Positions 29,962-38,464 of a stretch of 64,000 bases of DNA are shown here, one piece after another (positions within the stretch are counted from its first letter, which is position 1; each line of letters begins with the position of its first letter). The notes below the pieces were generated by a model. It had not been told where the DNA came from and did no database searches. It worked only from the letters and a program-made list of their open reading frames with translations. Source of the stretch: a bacterium (lineage in GTDB: Bacteria; Electryoneota; Electryoneia; Electryoneales; Electryoneaceae). Location of the stretch: assembly GCA_963669175.1 (NCBI GenBank), contig OY769902.1, forward strand, positions 2,208,001 to 2,272,000, read 5' to 3'. A program made the position numbers and the translations under genes.

Positions 29962-30399
29962 ATGCCTAGTTATGTGATCCCCGACAAGTGCGACGGGTGC
30001 AAGGCACTGGACAAGACAGCTTGCCAGTTTATTTGCCCCAACGATCTCATGGTACTGAACAAAGAGATCGAAAAGGCGTACAATCGGGAGCCCGAACTGT
30101 GCTGGGAATGCTACAACTGCGTAAAGATTTGCCCGGTGCAGGCTATTGAGGTGCGCGGCTATGCTGACTTCGTGCCAATGGGCGCCACGGTAACTCCGAT
30201 GCGCGGCAGCGACAGCATCATGTGGACGGTAAAATTCCGGAACGGCGAACTGAAACGATTCAAGTTCCCGATTCGCACAACTGAAGAAGGTAGTGCGGTG
30301 CCGGATGGTGGCTATGCCACAGGAACTGACGACATCAAGTCGCCGATTCTGTTTACCGAGCCCGAGTCCATCCGTGCAGATTTCTTCACTTTGAAGTAG
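29962..30399 (+). CDS. aprB: Adenylylsulfate reductase subunit beta
   Basis: MPSYVIPDKCDGCK, CPNDLM, CWECYNCVKICP and KRFKFPIRTT. Confidence 0.97.
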   Translation: MPSYVIPDKCDGCKALDKTACQFICPNDLMVLNKEIEKAYNREPELCWECYNCVKICPVQAIEVRGYADFVPMGATVTPMRGSDSIMWTVKFRNGELKRFKFPIRTTEEGSAVPDGGYATGTDDIKSPILFTEPESIRADFFTLK

Positions 30400-30414
30400 A
30401 AGGAGGAGAGGACT

Positions 30415-32307
30415 GTGGAAAATTTTGAACGCGTAACCGTCGAAACCGATCTTCTGATTATCGGTGGCGGTATGTCGATGTGTGGTGCTGCAGTAGAAGC
30501 CGCCCACTGGGCAAAGCAGCACAACCTGAAGGTTACCCTCGTGGACAAGGCCGCGATGGACCGCTCCGGCGCCGTCGCGATGGGGCTTTCCGCGATCAAC
30601 CAGTACGTTGACCTGACCTCCGGCAACAACACCGTGCAGGATTATGTCAACTACGTGAAGCAGGACCTCATGGGTATCACCCGTGAAGACCTGGTCGCCA
30701 ACATTGCTCGTCACGTGGACTCAACCGTCCACCTGTTCGAGAAGTGGGGACTTCCGATTTGGAAAGATGAAGCTGGCAATTACGTCCATGAAGGTCGTTG
30801 GCAGCTCATGATCAACGGTGAATCCTACAAGGTCATCGTTGCCGAAGCCGCGAAGAACGCCCTGGCGTCCCTCGGCGATAACGGCGAGATCTACGAACGT
30901 GTCTTCATCACCGAACCGCTGGTGAAGGACGGCAAGGTCATCGGCGCTATCGGCTTCAGCGTCCGTGAAAACAAGCTGTACACCTTCCTCGCCAAGTCCA
31001 TCGTGATGGGCATGGGCGGCGCGGTACACGTCTTCAAGCCGCGTAGCTCCGGTGAAGGTCTGGGTCGTGCATGGTATCCGCCGTGGAACACCGGTTCCTC
31101 CACATACTTCTGCGCGAAGGCCGGCGCTGAGCTGACCTGCCAGGAAGTCCGCTTCATCCCCGTCCGCTTCAAGGATGGTTATGGCCCGGTAGGCGCCTGG
31201 TTCCTGCTGTTTAAATCCCGCGCCACGAACGCCATGGGTGGTGAATACATGGTAGAACGCCGTGAAGAGCTCGAAAACTGGGCTCCCTACGGTAAGGTGA
31301 AGCCGATCCCGGCCAACCTGCGTAACTACCTTGGTATGCTGGACATCATGGAAGGCAAGGGCCCGATCTACATGCGCACCGAAGAAGCCATGCAGAAATT
31401 GGCCGACGCCTACAAGGATGACCCCAAGGGCTACAAGAAGAAGAAGAAGGAACTCGAGGCGGAAGCCTGGGAAGACTTCCTGGATATGACCATCAGCCAG
31501 GCGCTCCTGTGGGCGGCCAGCGATGTGCACCCGGAAGAACGTTCCTCCGAAATCGCCGCGGCAGAACCGTACTTCATCGGTTCCCACTCCGGCGCTTCCG
31601 GCGCATGGGTCTCCGGTCCGGAAGATCTGCAGACTGCAGATACGAAGGATGATTACTTCTGGGGCTATGCCAACATGTCCACCGTGCCGGGTCTGTTCTG
31701 CGCGGGCGACGCGTCTGGCGCCAGCTCCCACAAGTTCTCCTCCGGCTCCCACGCAGAAGGCCGTATCGCTGCCAAGGCCGCGGTCGACTACCTGCTGGAC
31801 AACAATGTCGCCCCGACCTATGATGGCGACCTTGATGCCATGTTCGAAAACCTGCTGACCCCGCTCAAGCTGTATGATGCGCATCACGCAGAGACCTCGG
31901 ACAACGAGATCAACCCGAACTACATCCGTCCCAAGATGTTCATGTTCCGTCTGCAGAAGATCATGGACGAGTACGCTGCTGGTGTGAGCTCACAGTTCAC
32001 CACCAACAAGCCGTCCCTGGAACGCGCCCTCGAGCTGCTCGGCCTCCTGGCTGAAGACAGCAAGAACCTGGCCGCTGCCGACCTGCACGAACTGATGCGC
32101 TGCTGGGAAAATGTCCAGCGCATGTGGCAGGCTGAAGTTCACGTCCGCACCATGTTGGAACGCCAGGAAACACGTTGGCCTGGTTACTACTTCCGTGCTG
32201 ACTGCCCGAACATTGACAACGAAAACTGGCTGAAGTTCGTCAACGCCAAGTGGACCGAGGAAAATGGTTGGGAAATGATCGACCGCGACGTGAAGTACGT
32301 GTTCTAA
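30415..32307 (+). CDS. aprA: Adenylylsulfate reductase subunit alpha (GTG start)
   Basis: RSGAVAMGLSAIN, WQLMINGESYK, RFKDGYGPVGAWFL, HKFSSGSHAEGR and ETRWPGYYFR. Confidence 0.97.
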   Translation: MENFERVTVETDLLIIGGGMSMCGAAVEAAHWAKQHNLKVTLVDKAAMDRSGAVAMGLSAINQYVDLTSGNNTVQDYVNYVKQDLMGITREDLVANIARHVDSTVHLFEKWGLPIWKDEAGNYVHEGRWQLMINGESYKVIVAEAAKNALASLGDNGEIYERVFITEPLVKDGKVIGAIGFSVRENKLYTFLAKSIVMGMGGAVHVFKPRSSGEGLGRAWYPPWNTGSSTYFCAKAGAELTCQEVRFIPVRFKDGYGPVGAWFLLFKSRATNAMGGEYMVERREELENWAPYGKVKPIPANLRNYLGMLDIMEGKGPIYMRTEEAMQKLADAYKDDPKGYKKKKKELEAEAWEDFLDMTISQALLWAASDVHPEERSSEIAAAEPYFIGSHSGASGAWVSGPEDLQTADTKDDYFWGYANMSTVPGLFCAGDASGASSHKFSSGSHAEGRIAAKAAVDYLLDNNVAPTYDGDLDAMFENLLTPLKLYDAHHAETSDNEINPNYIRPKMFMFRLQKIMDEYAAGVSSQFTTNKPSLERALELLGLLAEDSKNLAAADLHELMRCWENVQRMWQAEVHVRTMLERQETRWPGYYFRADCPNIDNENWLKFVNAKWTEENGWEMIDRDVKYVF

Positions 32308-32348
32308 GAAACGTACCCACGGATGCACGATCATCCGATAGCTACATC

Positions 32349-32382
32349 AAGGGCTGTGACCGTATGGTTGCAGCCCTTTTTT
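32349..32382 (+). terminator. Rho-independent terminator of the apr operon
   Basis: AAGGGCTGTGACC...GGTTGCAGCCC followed by TTTTTT. Confidence 0.85.
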
Positions 32383-32432
32383 CGGCTTGTCTCGCGCAAA
32401 GAGAAAAACTACATGTTTCACGCAAAGGACGC

Positions 32433-32722
32433 GTGGCCCGACTGCTTGCTGTCGGGTTTCAGCGTCTTCGTCTAGAGAGTACCTTCAAATGAACATGTTG
32501 CGTGACTACTGAGAGTGTCTGCAAAACAAAGCAATTCAGTGTTTGCTTTGTATGGGGCGATAAACTGTATTAGACTAAGATGGTTTTGTCACTAGACGAG
32601 CATTAAGTATTGGAGAACAAAGCGAATGCAAACTCACATTCGCAATGCCACTGGAAGCTAGCGGATCAATTCAAGCGTGAAATCCGTCCACTCAGAAACC
32701 CGAAAGCAAGTAGTCGGGCCAA
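32433..32722. repeat. Inverted pair of GTGG-family REPs (REPIN-like)
   Basis: GTGG-CCCGACTGCTTGCTGTCGGG-TTTC at 32433-32460 and an inverted copy with 3 mismatches at 32695-32722. Confidence 0.85.
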
Positions 32723-32784
32723 ACGACCTTAGGCTTAAAAGACATCAATACTCCTTAATGTTTAAAAGTTGAATCAAAATATTA

Positions 32785-33147
32785 CTATAATCCATATGGA
32801 AACCACAAATAAGTCACCCAACTTAATCCTATAACCGTAATAAAACTAATCCATCCCCATATATTTTTTGAAATAGAGATTCCTATTAGTGGAAAATTTA
32901 AAAACCCTGCCATAAAACCAAAAATTACCGATACGATCATTAAAGATTGTATTCTAGCAGTATTTAATTTTTTTATATAAAATTGATCAAGTTCGTATTT
33001 AGAGTTATAATAAATATCTTTTTTAATAGATCTTTTTAGTGAAGAATCAAATATTATTTTTGAAACTATAGGAACAAAGATCGTTATGACTAAGTTCCAT
33101 ACGATAGTAAATATCAGAAAGCTTAGAAACATATGTATTCTGTGCAT
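32785..33147 (-). CDS. Small AT-rich membrane protein (about 3 TM segments), passenger gene
   Basis: 120-aa ORF with RBS AAGGAG and hydrophobic helices; much lower GC than host genes. Confidence 0.65.
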   Translation of the reverse strand: MHRIHMFLSFLIFTIVWNLVITIFVPIVSKIIFDSSLKRSIKKDIYYNSKYELDQFYIKKLNTARIQSLMIVSVIFGFMAGFLNFPLIGISISKNIWGWISFITVIGLSWVTYLWFPYGL

Positions 33148-33175
33148 AATACACTCCTTGACTTGAAAGACGCGA

Positions 33176-33278
33176 CTACCCCGACTGCTTGCTGTCGGGT
33201 TTCAGCGTCTTTGTTGTGAGACTGTTGCGCGTCAGCTTTGAGCGTCTTCGTATAGGACGCGTCTTCATCGGGTCACGC
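33176..33278. repeat. REP copy plus a degenerate inverted half-copy between the passenger genes
   Basis: CCCGACTGCTTGCTGTCGGGTTTC at 33180-33203 (preceded by CTAC instead of GTGG); TCGGGTCACGC at 33268-33278. Confidence 0.75.
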
Positions 33279-33283
33279 CGTCT

Positions 33284-34162
33284 TTAGAATTGGGTATTAC
33301 CTGCTAGAAGATGTTTTGAACACTCATCAAGGAATTTCTTGTCATCAGAATGATTATCAGGAAATAGAGATTCTTCAGTTACTTTTTCACTATCTAGATA
33401 AGCTAAAATATCGCAGCAAATACTAACAGGAAAAATGATTTTAACAAGATATGCACCCAAATAATGATCAAGCCAAACCTGATCGTTCATGTGGTCATTA
33501 CTGACAATAGTGAAAACTCCTTCCTGAGCTCGAAGGTTGTGGTTAGTTCCTCTAGGTGGAGATAGTAATTTTAGAGTACCTGCATAGTCGCCAGATAAGT
33601 GGCGGTCGCGACTATGCATGAATGACCATACTACGTAGTTGCCGCTTTTATTGTCTTTTGTATTTCTAGTAGCAAAGAATAGTGCTATCTTAAATGATTT
33701 ACTCCAATCCAAGAGTCTAGTTGGAACGCCATAGTGTTGTGCTAAGCCTAAGAAGTCATGATATGGCGTATCCCATATTCTATATTTAGGTAATTGCCTT
33801 CCTCCTGAAATAGTACAATCAAATGAAAAGTATTTTTCTTTTGTTTCCGAATTATAATTAGGGATAACAACACCTTTTTCATCGGCTAATACAAGAAAAA
33901 GTCTGATAATATTCCTTTCGTATTCAATTATATTTCCACTATTGGTTGGATAATTGGGTCGTTCTAAGTAATATAGTTTTTCAAGCAATCTCTTATTATT
34001 GGGCCTAAATACACTAGGAATAAGTTGCCAATCATCAGCTTGACCGCGGAAATACCACTTATCAGAATTTAGCTGTTTTCTATGACCATTACTAAGCTTA
34101 TCAAGCAAGTTTAACAAATCATTAAGCTTGTTGATGATAAGAATTTCTGGATTATAAGGCAT
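33284..34162 (-). CDS. FRG domain protein, AT-rich passenger gene
   Basis: WYFRGQADDWQLIPSVFR, AQHYGVPTRLLDWS, ALFFA, NLRAQEGVF and ESLFPD. Confidence 0.9.
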   Translation of the reverse strand: MPYNPEILIINKLNDLLNLLDKLSNGHRKQLNSDKWYFRGQADDWQLIPSVFRPNNKRLLEKLYYLERPNYPTNSGNIIEYERNIIRLFLVLADEKGVVIPNYNSETKEKYFSFDCTISGGRQLPKYRIWDTPYHDFLGLAQHYGVPTRLLDWSKSFKIALFFATRNTKDNKSGNYVVWSFMHSRDRHLSGDYAGTLKLLSPPRGTNHNLRAQEGVFTIVSNDHMNDQVWLDHYLGAYLVKIIFPVSICCDILAYLDSEKVTEESLFPDNHSDDKKFLDECSKHLLAGNTQF

Positions 34163-34200
34163 TTGTATCCCTTGTGTGTTTTCTTGTAGACTTGAGGCGA

Positions 34201-34228
34201 GTGGCCCGACTGCTTGCTGTCGGGTTTC
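34201..34228 (+). repeat. GTGG-family REP
   Basis: GTGGCCCGACTGCTTGCTGTCGGGTTTC, identical to the copy at 32433. Confidence 0.9.
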
Positions 34229-34303
34229 AGCGCCGCTGGGTATCACAATCAAAGTATAACACATATTAATAAAGTACAACAATATCTACTACTTCAAGAA
34301 ATA

Positions 34304-34858
34304 TTATAACCTCAATGAATCAGCATTAATCGCGATCGGATCTGGCGCTCCCGTAGCCCACGCTTTTGCTGAACTCCACTTATATTCTTCCGGCAGTGTT
34401 ACCAATCCCGCTTTAACCGGATTGTTATGAATATAGTCAAGTGCCAAACGTATACGGTCGGGCGTCCACAGGTTGCGATCATGCCCGCCGCCATGTTGCC
34501 AGAACCGGTATGTAATCTCACCCTTGCGAATCACCTGTAGTTTTGCGTAAGTGAGCTGATCATGTTCTTTTAGCCAGCCAAGAGCAAAATGAGAAAAACG
34601 ACGTTTCAGTTTGCCCAGTTCCTTGCGGAAATCCACATCACGTGTTGGGAATACAAGAAAATGAACATGGTCAGGCATGATTACATAAGCCCATAATTCA
34701 AGATCGAACTCGTTGCGGAGGGTGTCCAGTTCGCGAAGGAAAGTTTCGCAAAGGAAAGGAATTTGGAAGAGGGGAAGGTGACGATAACAGCCGAAAGTCA
34801 GAAATCGTGCATAGCCGGGATCGTCAGTTCGTAAGCGTTTGGGTTTGATATCGTACAT
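34304..34858 (-). mobile_element. REP-associated tyrosine transposase (RAYT/TnpA-REP, Y1 HUH)
   Basis: FLTF, AYVIMPDHVHFLV (HUH), FWQHGGGHDR and YIHNNPVKAGLV..PEEYKWSSA; flanked by inverted REPs. Confidence 0.92.
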
Positions 34859-34910
34859 GGTTTCTCCATGTCTGGGTATAAGTCTCTACTACTTTACTAA
34901 ATACGGAATC

Positions 34911-35351
34911 AGAATCCCGACAGCAAGCAGTCGGGCCACGCGAGCTTGCGACTTGACTCAAGAGTTAATTGCGATGAAAATGAACACCATTAGAATCCTG
35001 ACAGCAAGCAGTCGGGCCACGCGAGCTTGCGACTTGATTCAAGAGTTTATTGCGATGAAAATGAACACCAATAGAAACCCGACAGCAAGCAGTCGGGCCA
35101 CGCGAGCTTGCGACTTGATTCAAGAGTTTATTGCGATGAAAATGAACACCAATAGAAACCCGACAGCAAGCAGTCGGGCCACGCGAGCTTGCGACTTGAT
35201 TCAAGAGTTTATTGCGATGAAAATGAACACCATTAGATACCCGACAGCAAGCAGTCGGGCCACGTGAGCTTGCGACTTGATTCAAGAGTTTATTGCGATG
35301 AAAATGAACACCATCAGAATCCCGACAGCAAGCAGTCGGGTCACGCGAGCT
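34911..35351 (-). repeat. Tandem array of 81-bp REP-containing units (6 REP copies)
   Basis: Units start at 34911, 34992, 35073, 35154, 35235 and 35316. Each has CCCGACAGCAAGCAGTCGGGCCAC followed by a near-constant linker, with a few substitutions between units. Confidence 0.97.
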
Positions 35352-35414
35352 GATCACACGGGCATGCATCAATAAGCAGTACTCTTCAGCGTCAATAATA
35401 AGCCAAGCAACCCC

Positions 35415-36980
35415 TTACCACCAAACCTGTTTCCCCTCTTGGATCGTGAAAATCCGTTCTTCCTTGCTGGAATCCTTTTCCAGCAGCCAGTACAGGCCTC
35501 CCGCAGGCACGTTATCGAACTGAAGCGGTCCTTCTCCAGCAACAGCACTCCCCAGTGAGATCCAACCGTCCTTCCAGTAGAACAGTTTATAGTCCGTTCC
35601 GGGGCGAATGGCGGAGTGGTCGATACCATCTGTCGATACCACCAGTTTCCGATGGGTGGTAGAGGTAAGTTTAACCGTGATGGTTTGATCGTCCTCGGCT
35701 TCGAGTGGTTCCATGCTGGAATCCGTGCGAAGGATAAAGGGACTGCTAAAAGGAACAACTTCTCCATCGATGTAGAGCGCCGGGAGATAGGCGATATCCA
35801 TTCCCATGTCGGTAAACGTCACCTGTCCGGATTCGATGAATCCCCAGTGAATCGGACGCCATTCCCCGGAATTGAAAACGCACAAATACCCGATGCTCGC
35901 CGAATCAGACACGTCATAGGGGAGGGGAATGGTAACGTCACAAACCTCAACATAGTCAGCAGTAACATCGATCAGATTGGTTGATGAGATATATTTGGGC
36001 ATTTCCTGTTGTTTTCGATCCTGAAAAGCGAGGCTGTTTTCCTGCTTGCTGAACATCTTACGGTAGACCTTGGCGAGTTTGTTCGCGAGTCGATATTTCC
36101 CCGGGTTGGCTTCTGCGCCCATGAAGGGCACTACACGTCCATCCGGTGTGACGATCGCGTTCCACGCATGGTTATTGCCGGTGTTCGCCCACCAGGGGGT
36201 GAAGTCTGCTGTGACCGCCAGACCGTTGGCGCGCATGGCGAAGATGGTCAGGTTGGTCATGTCTTCGCAGCGTCCCAGGCCACCGTCAACCATCTCAGTG
36301 AAGCCCTGGTCGGTCGGATGCTCGTAATAACGTGGGTCGAAATGGAACCAGGTTTTGATATCATCATTGATCAGGCTGGCGGCTTCCAACGGATCAGTGG
36401 GATTGGTCATCTGCGATTCGATGCCTGCATACTTGTTCCAGAAATACTCTCGCCACGGTTCCAGCGGCTCATTGCTTCCACGGTAAGGAAGGATATACTC
36501 GCAAAAATCCTCAAACGGCAACCCCTCCGCCCACGGTTTCTCTCGCCATGCACGGAACGCATAATCGATTTGATTAATCAGAAACTCAGATGATATCGAT
36601 TGGTAGTCGAACACTTCCTGGCTGTTCGTAAAATCATCAATACCGTGTTCCTGCACGATCGAATCCAGTGCTGCTGACATGGTATAGAGATCAGGATAAT
36701 CGAGGACATTGAAGTCGATGACATTCCCGTCTTTATCCCGTAGATCATACACTCGATAGGAACGATGTTTCATGTTCCCGATCAGGTAGTACAGGGCTTG
36801 AAGCTTCAGGGAATCGCCAGTCTGCTCGTAATGCTGTATCGCTTTTTCCAGTTCAGGAGCGTTCTTACCGGCCAACTCAAGCACTTCCTTCACTTCAGGG
36901 GAGGTTTTGCCCGGATTTCCACAGGAACAAAACAGAGGTAACATGAAGGCTACAAGCAGAATCATCACAAAAGCGTTCAT
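35415..36980 (-). CDS. Transglutaminase-like domain lipoprotein
   Basis: Lipobox FCSC; FCEYILPYR, GRCEDM (Cys), DFTPWW and NHAWN (His). Confidence 0.85.
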   Translation of the reverse strand: MNAFVMILLVAFMLPLFCSCGNPGKTSPEVKEVLELAGKNAPELEKAIQHYEQTGDSLKLQALYYLIGNMKHRSYRVYDLRDKDGNVIDFNVLDYPDLYTMSAALDSIVQEHGIDDFTNSQEVFDYQSISSEFLINQIDYAFRAWREKPWAEGLPFEDFCEYILPYRGSNEPLEPWREYFWNKYAGIESQMTNPTDPLEAASLINDDIKTWFHFDPRYYEHPTDQGFTEMVDGGLGRCEDMTNLTIFAMRANGLAVTADFTPWWANTGNNHAWNAIVTPDGRVVPFMGAEANPGKYRLANKLAKVYRKMFSKQENSLAFQDRKQQEMPKYISSTNLIDVTADYVEVCDVTIPLPYDVSDSASIGYLCVFNSGEWRPIHWGFIESGQVTFTDMGMDIAYLPALYIDGEVVPFSSPFILRTDSSMEPLEAEDDQTITVKLTSTTHRKLVVSTDGIDHSAIRPGTDYKLFYWKDGWISLGSAVAGEGPLQFDNVPAGGLYWLLEKDSSKEERIFTIQEGKQVWW

Positions 36981-37213
36981 CTTTATCACAACGTGCGCCC
37001 CTTTCCTATCTGCTGGTATGGCTTTCTTACTCACAGCGATGCCGGGATTGGGGGACAGCGCCCGGCAGGCTGCGACCGACCAACGTCGGAGAAGCTAGGA
37101 GTCAACAACCCGGCGTTGGTTCCCAAAATAATCACGTAAGAATTTTGCCTATGATGAAAGATACCAGAGAAACTGTAGCTATGAAATAGTACCACTTCCT
37201 AATAAACTTGCCT

Positions 37214-38368
37214 TTATTTTTCCTTCATCATTATTACAAAATACATGTTGTAAATATATAGCTTTGAACGTTTTCGACCAGTCGTTTCCGATACAATCCG
37301 CAAGTCCTGTAGCTCTTCTAAAACACTCCTTACTGTCGGTGTAGTCAGACCGGATTCCCTGGCGAGGGTTTTTACAGTTGCGAAGACATACTTGCGGAGA
37401 ACGGAATGGACACGTAAAGCAGACCCGGATTTCTGCCCAAGGTGTTCTGCGATTCGTGCAGCATCTGAATTTGCGAGCTGAGTGAGACGGTTTGCGGTAT
37501 CAATAGCTTCTCGTGCGGTGTGATATACGCCATCCGCGAAAAAGTCCAGCCAGCTTTCCCAATCACCTTCTGTCCGAACCCGGTTCAGCAGGTTATAATA
37601 ATCAGTACGATGTTCCTTGAAGTAGAGACTCAGGTAGAGAACCGGCTCATGAAGGATATCCTCCTGTTGCAGGAGAAGGGTGATCAGCAACCGTCCGATT
37701 CGTCCATTCCCATCGAGGAAGGGGTGTATGGTTTCAAACTGAACGTGAGCCAGCGCTGCTTTCAAAAGCGGATCCGTTACAACTGGGGTGTTGTGCAGGA
37801 ATTTTTCCCACATATCCAGGCAGCTCATAAGTTCTTCCGGTGGTGGCGGAACAAAAGCTGCATTTCCTGGACGAGTGCCGCCTACCCAGTTCTGCGACCT
37901 GCGAAACTCACCCGGTGTCTGACGGCTGCCTCGTCCAGTTTGAAGCAGTATCTTGTGCATCTCACGAATCAAACGGAGGGACAACGGAAAACCATCACGC
38001 AACCTGGTAATTCCATGCTGGAGCGCTGCGACATAGTTGGATACTTCTCTGACATCATCAAGTGGAACATTGGGTTTCTGCCGTTGTTCGTGCTTCATCA
38101 GATCAGACAGACTGGATTGAGTGCCTTCTATTTGAGATGATAATACGGCTTCTTTACGCACATACGTGTAAATGACCATATCAGCATCAGGCAGAACTGT
38201 GCTCAAGGTATCGAGTTGTCCCAGGCCGTGCATGGCGCGCTGGAATTTGCCACGAAGAGTGTCCGACCACAAAATGGAGGGTGAGGGGGGCAAAGGCAAT
38301 GGGATAAAGGCCTGCGCCTTTTCACCAACACTGCTAATCGTGCGATAATGTCCAGTTACTCTTTTCAC
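37214..38368 (-). CDS. Fic family protein with a C-terminal HTH
   Basis: Canonical HPFLDGNGRIGR; EAVLSSQIEGTQ N-terminal motif; PGEFRRSQNWVG. Confidence 0.93.
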   Translation of the reverse strand: MKRVTGHYRTISSVGEKAQAFIPLPLPPSPSILWSDTLRGKFQRAMHGLGQLDTLSTVLPDADMVIYTYVRKEAVLSSQIEGTQSSLSDLMKHEQRQKPNVPLDDVREVSNYVAALQHGITRLRDGFPLSLRLIREMHKILLQTGRGSRQTPGEFRRSQNWVGGTRPGNAAFVPPPPEELMSCLDMWEKFLHNTPVVTDPLLKAALAHVQFETIHPFLDGNGRIGRLLITLLLQQEDILHEPVLYLSLYFKEHRTDYYNLLNRVRTEGDWESWLDFFADGVYHTAREAIDTANRLTQLANSDAARIAEHLGQKSGSALRVHSVLRKYVFATVKTLARESGLTTPTVRSVLEELQDLRIVSETTGRKRSKLYIYNMYFVIMMKEK

Positions 38369-38464
38369 AATTCATCCTGAAAAGAAAAATCTTTTCTCAA
38401 GCCAAAGGCTAAAGAAAAGATCGATCAAATATTTTCTTAAATCAACCACTAAGTCAAAGAATTT

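Noticed and set aside
25603-32334. Long antisense ORFs across qmo, sat and apr (for example 28587..29909 and 30721..31887), and similar ones over hemC/cobA and the ABC operon
   Set aside because: Shadow frames of strongly codon-biased genes; no motifs or RBS.
34911-35351. CRISPR array, or ORFs 34839..35267 and 34965..35372
   Set aside because: The linkers between hairpins are near-identical, not unique spacers; the ORFs are by-products of the 81-bp period.
37020-37125. Possible riboswitch upstream of the transglutaminase-like gene
   Set aside because: GC-rich pairing potential (GCCGGG/CCCGGC) exists, but I could not match any known riboswitch consensus.
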